35,763 nucleotides of DNA from a virus (lineage: Duplodnaviria > Caudoviricetes). A model generated the notes under the pieces. The model was not told the DNA's origin. It made no database searches and was given only the letters and a program-made list of their open reading frames with translations. Below are positions 28,383 through 34,728 of the stretch, one piece after another. The translations under genes and the position numbers were made by a program. The stretch is from positions 1 through 35,763 of the IMG/VR virus record IMGVR_UViG_3300025635_000084, one strand, 5' to 3'. Every line of letters begins with the position of its first letter. Positions within the stretch are counted from its first letter, which is position 1.

Positions 28383-28659
28383 TCAGAAGTTCCCATTGAG
28401 TCTTGAAGATAGCCAACATGAACTTGACCGCTCGGGCGTCTGTATTCCCGTCGGCGTATTTGTCCATGCTCTCGTGGCAGTTATGACACAGCGCAGCAAC
28501 GCAGTGGTCAGAGGACTTTTGCCCCATGCCTTTTCCAAGTTGCTGACTGTATATTCCAGAATAATGCGCTGGAACGATTGTGCCGTCGTCTACGCCACAA
28601 AGCTGGCATGGTAGATGTCTGATACGGTCTAGGTACTTTCTGCTCCTCCAGGGCCTCAT
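28363..28659 (-). CDS. Zn-binding HNH-like protein (DUF968/DUF1364-like, Nin-region type)
   Basis: RSRKYL...PCQLCG...AH...KGMGQK...LCHNCH. Confidence 0.7.
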   Translation of the reverse strand: MRPWRSRKYLDRIRHLPCQLCGVDDGTIVPAHYSGIYSQQLGKGMGQKSSDHCVAALCHNCHESMDKYADGNTDARAVKFMLAIFKTQWELLNESNKN

Positions 28660-28976
28660 GAGCGCCTCTGAGAGGCTTCTAGCGTTCTCCAGACATCTAT
28701 TAGGACTAGCGCGGTTGCGCGTCTGGCTTTCAGTAGCTCCTTCTGGTAGACCTTCTTCTCTAGCTCCGCGTTCGCTTCTAAAGCTTCCGGGGTCTGATTA
28801 GCCCTAGCGGCTCGTTCTGCCTGAGTCCCGGTCGCCTCAAGAAAGGCTACTTCCCGGACCTGTTTTACTCGGAGTTCCGCAGCCTCCAACTGGGCGGCGG
28901 CTCTGGCATATGGCTCGTCGGAATCGCATAGAAAATTGAGGGCCTTTCCGACCCTTTCTGAATCTGGGAGGCCCAT
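28656..28976 (-). CDS. Hypothetical helical protein
   Basis: GTQAERAA...IDVWRTLEAS; coupled by overlap. Confidence 0.6.
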   Translation of the reverse strand: MGLPDSERVGKALNFLCDSDEPYARAAAQLEAAELRVKQVREVAFLEATGTQAERAARANQTPEALEANAELEKKVYQKELLKARRATALVLIDVWRTLEASQRRS

Positions 28977-29119
28977 TTTTTCGCCTTCTCTGGGCAGTCA
29001 AAGACCGCCCGTATTTCTTTGTTTTCGGTCAGTGTGTATCTAGGTTGCCCGTCGACTAGGGCTTTGCACAGCTTCATAGGAGGGTTCTCGAGGAACCACT
29101 CGCCTTTCCTCGTCCACAT
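28865..29119 (-). CDS. Hypothetical protein (likely start MWTRKGEW)
   Basis: AGGTG upstream of ATG 29119; overlaps both neighbours. Confidence 0.4.
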   Translation of the reverse strand: MWTRKGEWFLENPPMKLCKALVDGQPRYTLTENKEIRAVFDCPEKAKKWASQIQKGSERPSIFYAIPTSHMPEPPPSWRLRNSE

Positions 29120-29483
29120 GAGCCCACCTTCCCCGGTTAATGACCTTGTCCACCGTGTTAGGGTGGAGTTTGTACTTGACGGAGAGTGCATCGTTCGTGA
29201 GGTTCTCGGCAAGGTATTTGTACAGCTCTTCCCGCTTTTTTCTTGCATCCTGAATCTCGGGAATCAAGTCTCGGTAGGTCCACAGGGTTCTGCGATGCAG
29301 TCCTAGTCGAGTACACAGGGCCTCGTCTGAGAGATTGTCCCGAATCCATCCCCGTATCTGCGCTCGCTTCTGCCCTGCCTGCCTAAGCTCTTTAACGACG
29401 GTTTCTGTCAGGACAGCCCTCGGATGGCGCTCCCCCCTCTGAGCAAACTCATGGGCTCTTGAAAGGTATTCTTCGCGGTTCAT
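29040..29483 (-). CDS. Putative DNA-binding protein with duplicated HTH
   Basis: GERHPRAVLTETVV, then NLSDEALCTRLGLHRRTL and NLTNDALSVKYKLHPNTV. Confidence 0.6.
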   Translation of the reverse strand: MNREEYLSRAHEFAQRGERHPRAVLTETVVKELRQAGQKRAQIRGWIRDNLSDEALCTRLGLHRRTLWTYRDLIPEIQDARKKREELYKYLAENLTNDALSVKYKLHPNTVDKVINRGRWAHVDEERRVVPREPSYEAVQSPSRRAT

Positions 29484-29785
29484 CGGATGACCCTCAGTTT
29501 ACCCATAGCTTCTTTGACAGCGGCCCTGGCGGCCTCTCTGTCGATTTCTGGGGTTTCCGGGATTTCTGCAATGCGGTGGGCTTGGGGTCGACTTTCTTTC
29601 TGTTCTGGCCAGACATCTTGCCAGCCATTGACGATGCTGCGCTCCAGCATAGCGTCCACGTTCATACCTTGTTCGAGGAATCTAGAAAGCCGGGAGAGCA
29701 TTCGCTTTTCGGCTGTCTGGGTTAATGGTTTCTTGATGTCTTTGCGATGTTGGACGAAGTCCGCCCACAGTTCTGGATCTATCAT
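29480..29785 (-). CDS. Stand-alone C-terminal domain of a phage replication initiator-like protein
   Basis: WADFVQHRKDIKKPLT...LERSIVNGWQDVW resembles the C-terminus of many phage O-like initiators; own GAGGTG RBS. Confidence 0.6.
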   Translation of the reverse strand: MIDPELWADFVQHRKDIKKPLTQTAEKRMLSRLSRFLEQGMNVDAMLERSIVNGWQDVWPEQKESRPQAHRIAEIPETPEIDREAARAAVKEAMGKLRVIR

Positions 29786-29936
29786 TTAACACCTCAACGA
29801 TTGCAGCTTCTTCTGATTGTTCCCGAGTAAGACCGCCATCGTATTGCATAATGGCTGCTCGCTCTTCCCATCTTTCCCTGAGGTTTTTATCCCTCAGGAT
29901 TTCTAGTCTCAATGCTTTTAATTGTGGATTAATCAT
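29682..29936 (-). CDS. Hypothetical protein with EERAAIMQYDGGL motif
   Basis: EERAAIxxYDGGLxRxxxE motif, recurrent in phage replication regions. Confidence 0.6.
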   Translation of the reverse strand: MINPQLKALRLEILRDKNLRERWEERAAIMQYDGGLTREQSEEAAIVEVLNDRSRTVGGLRPTSQRHQETINPDSRKANALPAF

Positions 29937-29944
29937 ATTTTAAA

Positions 29945-30274
29945 GACACCCCACCCATTTTCCGGTGACAGGTCTTAAGGCTTATTTCTCCTAGCCTTAC
30001 TGTCGAACAAAGCTAAAAAGCTCTGCCGGTAATCGTTCCGTATCGGGCAAGCCTGGGGTACTGGCTCGTCACCGTCGTGGCGGTCAGGGTGGGACCGTGC
30101 TCCACTCTATTTTGGTTTGCTTGCTTTACTTCCGAGCTGCGACAAGCGCGCACCTGCTAACGTGCGGAGTACGAGTCGGGGTTTGGCTGGCCCTGACTAG
30201 AGACCAACGACTAAGAAGGGAATCGGCCAGGAGGGTAGTCGAGGTCCTCTCTTCGCCAGCTAAGCTAGGCCGAT
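29945..30274 (-). ncRNA. Putative ~330-nt multi-domain structured RNA
   Basis: No credible ORF; 7-bp stems ATCGGCC/GGCCGAT, GTCAGGG/CCCTGAC, CGGTGAC/GTCACCG and TAAGGCT/AGCCTTA plus shorter nested hairpins; promoter immediately upstream. Confidence 0.65.
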
Positions 30275-30278
30275 GTTC

Positions 30279-30307
30279 AGAATATTACTGGTTCAAGCGA
30301 TGTGCAA
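30279..30307 (-). promoter_or_regulatory. Sigma70-like promoter for the structured element
   Basis: TTGCAC-17bp-TATTCT; predicted +1 near 30274, the first base of the first stem. Confidence 0.6.
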
Positions 30308-30490
30308 CCAGTATTTTGAAACTCTCGCATTTCCTTTCTGGACAAGCTCAGAGCGGATGTCGTGTCCTGCCTTACGGAGAGCGTGTATATGGCTCCCAAG
30401 GCGCAGGCCCATACCTCGGTTAATGGCTTCCAAGGGAGTAAGCTTCTGGCCCCTCAGAAGGGCTTTCAGGACCTTTTCCCGCTGGGTCAT
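30293..30490 (-). CDS. Winged-helix DNA-binding protein (HTH_39-like)
   Basis: MTQREKVLKAL..G.KLTPLEA...RLGSHIHALRKAGHDI...KY. Confidence 0.75.
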   Translation of the reverse strand: MTQREKVLKALLRGQKLTPLEAINRGMGLRLGSHIHALRKAGHDIRSELVQKGNARVSKYWLHIA

Positions 30491-30585
30491 AGCGCAGCCC
30501 CTATCGTGATGATAAGGCCCCAAAGGATTAATCCAATGACGGTTCCCATGATGATGCCCTCCAGCTCAGGATGTGCGTTTTTCAT
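30487..30585 (-). CDS. Single-TM peptide (32 aa), not in ORF track
   Basis: MKNAHPELEGIIMGTVIGLILWGLIITIGAAL; ATGA coupling to the wHTH gene. Confidence 0.55.
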   Translation of the reverse strand: MKNAHPELEGIIMGTVIGLILWGLIITIGAAL

Positions 30586-30745
30586 GTTTCTGAAGTTTCT
30601 CCACGAAGGCCGCCGAGGGGTTCTTGATTACCCCCTGGGCGAACTTGCATATCCAGTGGTAACTAAGCCCGGTCTCCGAACAGAGTCTAGGCCACTCTCC
30701 CCGCAGGGAGTGAACGTACTTTCTAGCTTTTTCGGTCATGCTCAT
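30566..30745 (-). CDS. Cro-like HTH regulator
   Basis: WPRLCSETGLSYHWICKFAQGVIKNPS; first gene of the leftward unit; start 30745 or 30739. Confidence 0.75.
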   Translation of the reverse strand: MSMTEKARKYVHSLRGEWPRLCSETGLSYHWICKFAQGVIKNPSAAFVEKLQKHEKRTS

Positions 30746-30751
30746 GGGTGC

Positions 30752-30780
30752 TTTATAGCAGCATCCTACCATCTGGTCAA
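30752..30780 (-). promoter_or_regulatory. Leftward early sigma70 promoter, probably leaderless
   Basis: TTGACC-17bp-TATAAA with TGn extension; ATG follows 6 nt after the -10. Confidence 0.75.
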
Positions 30781-30781
30781 T

Positions 30782-30927
30782 AGCAGGGACGCTGAGGGAC
30801 GGACTTTGCTTTATAGACGTACACATGTGCACGCGCGTATACGCCGATAAGTGAAGATGCGTCCCTTGCCGTCCCTGTTTCACGGGTTAGCGAACCCGTG
30901 ATTGTCGGCACAAGAAGTAATTACTTC
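30782..30927. other. Structured intergenic element: long inverted repeat, alternating purine/pyrimidine tract, hairpin and palindrome
   Basis: CAGGGACG/CGTCCCTG and AGGGACG/CGTCCCT stem; 28-nt RY alternation 30817-30844; TCACGGGTT-AGCG-AACCCGTGA 30880-30901; GAAGTAATTACTTC 30914-30927. Confidence 0.75.
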
Positions 30928-30971
30928 CTGTCCCTCTGCTCAAGTTGTCACCATTGGAACAGAAATAGGGC

Positions 30972-31009
30972 TTGACGCAGGGTCTCGTGCTGGTAGGATA
31001 GTCCCACCA
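30972..31009 (+). promoter_or_regulatory. Rightward early promoter with overlapping operator-like palindrome
   Basis: TTGACG-16bp-TAGGAT with TGn extension; TGGTAGGA-TAG-TCCCACCA at 30991-31009. Confidence 0.6.
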
Positions 31010-31025
31010 AACAGGTGAGGTTGAA

Positions 31026-31130
31026 ATGAAAACAGTCCTAAAGTTCTTGGCGGAACTCATTTTCGCCGTGATTGTCGTGGGGTCGTTTCTTTGGGTAGGG
31101 CTGACTACCAGCCCAATCTACGGAGGTTGA
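31026..31130 (+). CDS. Single-TM peptide (34 aa), not in ORF track
   Basis: GAGG RBS; MKTVLKFLAELIFAVIVVGSFLWVGLTTSPIYGG. Confidence 0.6.
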   Translation: MKTVLKFLAELIFAVIVVGSFLWVGLTTSPIYGG

Positions 31131-31131
31131 T

Positions 31132-31419
31132 ATGTGGGAAGCAATGGCACGCAAGGTTCAGAAAGAAGGACGTGGAAACTGGGACCGCCTGACCCGTGAC
31201 GAACAGGCGAAGCTCATTAGTGACTGGGTAGACGAAGAGGGCCGCATCGAGCTCCTTGCAGACAGCCCTGCCGACATCATCGGCATGGTTGCTGCGATGT
31301 ACGCCTGTCACCCGGACGATAAAAAAACCGCGATGGCCGAACTAGGGAAGATGGTGTGTGCAACCTTGGCCGTGGCCGCGCGTCGATCAATCGAAAACAA
31401 GTGGAAAAGAAGCGAGTAA
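31132..31419 (+). CDS. Hypothetical protein
   Basis: GGAGG RBS, 95 aa. Confidence 0.65.
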   Translation: MWEAMARKVQKEGRGNWDRLTRDEQAKLISDWVDEEGRIELLADSPADIIGMVAAMYACHPDDKKTAMAELGKMVCATLAVAARRSIENKWKRSE

Positions 31420-31423
31420 TCTC

Positions 31424-32335
31424 ATGCACGCTTTGAATTATTTACGCAAAGCAACTGCAGACTTAAAAAGTAGATTTATCCCAGGTCTTCGTTTATTTGG
31501 ATTTCATTATGATGCTGATGCGTGCGAAAGCGTTATAGATTGCGCGAATCAAGCTGTTAAGTTTGTATTGCCTGATGGCGGAAGAATTTTGAATGACGAG
31601 TTAAAAGGACTTCCTGAGATTTTGCGCCTCCCTTATCCGAACGTGGTTATAGAGTATACATCCAACGAAAATGGCGGAGGCGGATTAGTAGAAAAAGAAT
31701 TTGGAAAAGGCAAAACAACTCCAGCTCCAAAAAGAATTGCTGTTGCGAAAGAAGTAGACGGCTGGATAGAAATTTATTCGATTGTCATGGCTAAAATTCC
31801 TGCTGGAGATTGTTGGAGTATGATTCCATTTGCTTGCAGGGTAAGGAAAAGCGACAACCAAAGAACTAAAACTTTCCCCCTAAAAAACATCACAAACGGA
31901 AAAGCTTTAGACATTGGGGTGGTTTTGAAACCTACAGGAAGCGCAGGAATATCGCAATTTGGTAGTGAATGGGAGCGTTATGCGTATTGTGATTTGCATG
32001 ATGAAATGATGGCGGTCCTTGAGTTGATTGAGGCTTTATCTTGCAAAAACATAGACCACGAACCAATGGAAGTTCGCAAGATTAACAGGGGCGCTAAAAA
32101 TCGCGGGGCCATCCCGTTTGATGAATATAGGGTTCTTGTACTTAGGGAAAGCCGAAACGAAAAAAAAAATAACATTGAAAGCGGGCATCGTTCTCCGCGC
32201 GAACATTTGCGACGCGGGCACATTCGCAGGCTACAAAGCGGAGATAAAGTGTGGGTTAATTCAACGATAGTAAATGCAGGAGCAGATGGTAAAATAATAT
32301 CGTTTTATGACACACGAAAAATTGCATCAATTTAA
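31424..32335 (+). CDS. AT-rich hypothetical protein with C-terminal SPREHLRRGH motif
   Basis: HRSPREHLRRGHIRR...VWVN..IVN; visibly lower GC than flanks; likely ATG 31424. Confidence 0.7.
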   Translation: MHALNYLRKATADLKSRFIPGLRLFGFHYDADACESVIDCANQAVKFVLPDGGRILNDELKGLPEILRLPYPNVVIEYTSNENGGGGLVEKEFGKGKTTPAPKRIAVAKEVDGWIEIYSIVMAKIPAGDCWSMIPFACRVRKSDNQRTKTFPLKNITNGKALDIGVVLKPTGSAGISQFGSEWERYAYCDLHDEMMAVLELIEALSCKNIDHEPMEVRKINRGAKNRGAIPFDEYRVLVLRESRNEKKNNIESGHRSPREHLRRGHIRRLQSGDKVWVNSTIVNAGADGKIISFYDTRKIASI

Positions 32336-32366
32336 AATATGTAAATGAATATCAAAGGGATAATGT

Positions 32367-33104
32367 ATGAGCGTGTTTAAGAAATTGTCAGAAGCAAGAG
32401 TTGAGTTTCACAGTCGGGAACTTAAGAAGTCAGGTGAGAACAAGTTCGCGGGCTATAAGTATTTCGAGCTGGCCGACTTCATCAAGCCAGCCATAGACAT
32501 CTTCCACAAGCATGGGCTCTGCGCGTTTGTTTCGTTTGGCGCTGAAGCAACCATGACCATCGTGGACGTTGAGAACCCAACAGACAGGATTGTGATTTCA
32601 AGTCCGCTGGCTGAGGCCCAGCTTAAGGGCTGTCATCCTGTCCAGAACCTTGGGGCCTCGCAGACTTATCTTCGACGGTATCTGTGGGTCGCTGCGCTGG
32701 AGATTATTGAGCATGACGCCGTAGACTCCTCGTCTGGGTCGAAGGAAACCCCAGAGACTAAAGAAGGGGTGGACAATCAGAGCAGGCTCGGAGAGGTCGT
32801 CAGGGCGCTGGAAGAAGGCAATGGCTTTGCCTTGCTTGCTATATCCAAGGCTGACGATCAAGGCTACCGTTTCGCTTTTGGCCGACTGAACTCTAAGCAG
32901 AAGGCGCTGGGCCGGGAGCTTGAGCAGAAAGCCGCCATGCTTAGGATGGATTACGTCCAACAGCTTGCGGAGGCTAAGGACGCCCAGGACGAGCTTGCCT
33001 GCAATCAACTCTTCGACGAGCTGAACGTGGAAGGCAAGAAGCTGGTTTATGAAATGTGCGATGACTCAACCAAAACCTTTATCAAGGCAGTGAGGAAGAA
33101 ATGA
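32367..33104 (+). CDS. erf: ERF-family single-strand annealing protein
   Basis: KSGENKFAGYKYFELADF and QNLGASQTYLRRY motifs. Confidence 0.8.
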   Translation: MSVFKKLSEARVEFHSRELKKSGENKFAGYKYFELADFIKPAIDIFHKHGLCAFVSFGAEATMTIVDVENPTDRIVISSPLAEAQLKGCHPVQNLGASQTYLRRYLWVAALEIIEHDAVDSSSGSKETPETKEGVDNQSRLGEVVRALEEGNGFALLAISKADDQGYRFAFGRLNSKQKALGRELEQKAAMLRMDYVQQLAEAKDAQDELACNQLFDELNVEGKKLVYEMCDDSTKTFIKAVRKK

Positions 33105-33367
33105 ACGAAATAAGGAATGAGCGCGACAATAGTGGAGTTCTTTATAAGAATGACCGGAAGGAGCAGGACAACCACCCTGACTACCGTGGCGCGGTAACCG
33201 TTGGCGGAAAGGAGTTCTGGCTGTCCGCCTGGATACGCACCTCCAAGAAGGACGGCAAGAAGTTTATGAGCTTGGCCCTTCAAGGAAAGACAGAATCAGG
33301 GAACCGGGCTATCTCTGAATCCAGAAAGATTGTCAAAGATGAGTTTACGGATGATATTCCGTTTTAG
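33101..33367 (+). CDS. Phage SSB-like protein (DUF736-like)
   Basis: NSGVLYKN...HPDYRG...WLSAW and acidic DDIPF tail; next to erf. Confidence 0.75.
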   Translation: MNEIRNERDNSGVLYKNDRKEQDNHPDYRGAVTVGGKEFWLSAWIRTSKKDGKKFMSLALQGKTESGNRAISESRKIVKDEFTDDIPF

Positions 33368-33416
33368 TATTCTACTTGGTATTATCCTGCTTACGTTTGA
33401 TTCAGTGAGGTGACAT

Positions 33417-33674
33417 ATGGAATTCGAAATGAGCTTTCGCGGTAAGGATGTGATTATCAACGTCCTGTGGTTTCAGCCAGCGACTAAGGGCAAAGACAGC
33501 GGACACCCGGATACTTGGTATCCGGCCGAACCCGAAGATTTTGAGTGGGAGTTCTTAGATGATGAAGGTTCCCAGATTTACTTTGATGACATGACCAGAG
33601 AGGAGGAGCGGGAAATCGAAGAAGAAATCATGCGCGTGTTCTCAGAAATGATTGATGAAGGGTACGGATATTAA
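33417..33674 (+). CDS. Acidic hypothetical protein
   Basis: GAGGTG RBS; GHPDTWYPAE. Confidence 0.65.
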   Translation: MEFEMSFRGKDVIINVLWFQPATKGKDSGHPDTWYPAEPEDFEWEFLDDEGSQIYFDDMTREEEREIEEEIMRVFSEMIDEGYGY

Positions 33675-33873
33675 AAGAGGCATTAACAACACCCCGATTG
33701 GCGAAAACCACCCGAGCGTCAAGATGACAGAAAAAGACGTTCGGGAACTTCGCAGACTCGTGGCGATGGATGTCTGCGTGAACTGTGCGGTCAAGGTTTT
33801 GGGGCTAAAGGTATCTCAGACTACCGCATGGGAAGCCGCAAACTTTATGACCTGGAGACATGTTCATGACTAA
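33652..33873 (+). CDS. Small HTH-like protein resembling the HNH-associated C-terminal DNA-binding domain
   Basis: GENHPSVKMTEKDVRELR...VSQTT...TWRHV. Confidence 0.6.
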   Translation: MMKGTDIKRGINNTPIGENHPSVKMTEKDVRELRRLVAMDVCVNCAVKVLGLKVSQTTAWEAANFMTWRHVHD

Positions 33874-33884
33874 TCGAGTAATAA

Positions 33885-34703
33885 ATGAATGAGCTGGCTC
33901 TTTTCGCAGGCGCTGGTGGAGGAATACTCGGCGGACACTTGCTCGGATGGCGAACCGTCTGCGCTGTCGAGTGGGAGCCATATCCAGCAAGCATACTTGT
34001 TGCCAGACAAAATGACGGCATTCTCCCGCCTTTCCCGATTTGGGATGACGTTCAAGCCTTTGACGGAAAACCGTGGCGCGGAATTGTTGACGTTGTATCT
34101 GGAGGCTTTCCCTGTCAGGACATTTCAGCAGCCGGGCGAGGCGCTGGCATCGAAGGAACACGATCGGGAATGTGGCGAGAAATGGCGCGGGTGGTTAGCG
34201 AAGTTCGACCCCGGTTCGTGTTTGTGGAAAACAGCCCAATGCTCACTACTAGAGGAGGAGCCCGAGTCATTGCAGACCTTGCCTCGCTCGGGTATGACGC
34301 GCAGTGGGATGTTATGGGAGCGGCAGACGTTGGTGCCCCGCATCAGCGAGACAGAATCTGGATCGTGGCATACTCCAACGGTATGCGGGAACTACAACCG
34401 GAAAGGCTTGAGCAAGACCAGCGGAGATGGGTTGGCGACTGCGGTAACGAAGTGGCCGACACCTCAAGCCAGCGACAACAGGGACAGGGGCAATCTGTCC
34501 AGCGGAGCAGTTCAGCGCAGAATGGAGAAAGGGAAACAAATCTCTTTAAGCCAGTCTGTGTCGGAGAGTTCTGGCGCGTTGAACCCAACGTGGGTCGAGT
34601 GGCTGATGGGGTGGCCGCTCGGGTGGACAGACTTAAAGCCATTGGGAACGGACAAGTTCCAGCAGTGGCAGCAACAGCATTTAAGATGTTAGGCGTGGCA
34701 TAA
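33885..34703 (+). CDS. DNA (cytosine-5)-methyltransferase, alpha-like polypeptide (motifs I-VIII and X)
   Basis: LFAGAGG, GGFPCQ, ENS, HQRDRIW, RLKAIGNGQVP. Confidence 0.92.
   Translation: MNELALFAGAGGGILGGHLLGWRTVCAVEWEPYPASILVARQNDGILPPFPIWDDVQAFDGKPWRGIVDVVSGGFPCQDISAAGRGAGIEGTRSGMWREMARVVSEVRPRFVFVENSPMLTTRGGARVIADLASLGYDAQWDVMGAADVGAPHQRDRIWIVAYSNGMRELQPERLEQDQRRWVGDCGNEVADTSSQRQQGQGQSVQRSSSAQNGERETNLFKPVCVGEFWRVEPNVGRVADGVAARVDRLKAIGNGQVPAVAATAFKMLGVA
33889..34692 (+). CDS. Nested +1-frame ORF, putative beta polypeptide of the C5 methyltransferase carrying motif IX
   Basis: Open for 267 codons; W(H/P)TP repeats and LNPTWVEWLMGWPLGWT (motif IX-like); true start uncertain. Confidence 0.7.
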   Translation: MSWLFSQALVEEYSADTCSDGEPSALSSGSHIQQAYLLPDKMTAFSRLSRFGMTFKPLTENRGAELLTLYLEAFPVRTFQQPGEALASKEHDRECGEKWRGWLAKFDPGSCLWKTAQCSLLEEEPESLQTLPRSGMTRSGMLWERQTLVPRISETESGSWHTPTVCGNYNRKGLSKTSGDGLATAVTKWPTPQASDNRDRGNLSSGAVQRRMEKGKQISLSQSVSESSGALNPTWVEWLMGWPLGWTDLKPLGTDKFQQWQQQHLRC

Positions 34704-34728
34704 TTAGGTAAACAAAAAGGGGACTACC

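Noticed and set aside
29682-29785. Programmed frameshift fusing the EERAAI protein to the initiator-like domain
   Set aside because: The downstream ORF has its own strong RBS and ATG with an in-frame stop directly before it, and I see no clear slippery heptamer; not fully excluded
30222-30274. Possible tRNA
   Set aside because: Only three stems, about 53 nt, no TTCRA T-loop or CCA
30097-30850. Plus-strand ORFs 30097-30423, 30273-30509 and 30362-30850
   Set aside because: Antisense to the wHTH, Cro-like gene and structured element; no RBS or recognisable motifs
30746-30883. N-terminal extension of the Cro-like ORF to 30883
   Set aside because: The extension runs through the promoter and inverted repeats; the promoter position supports a start at 30745
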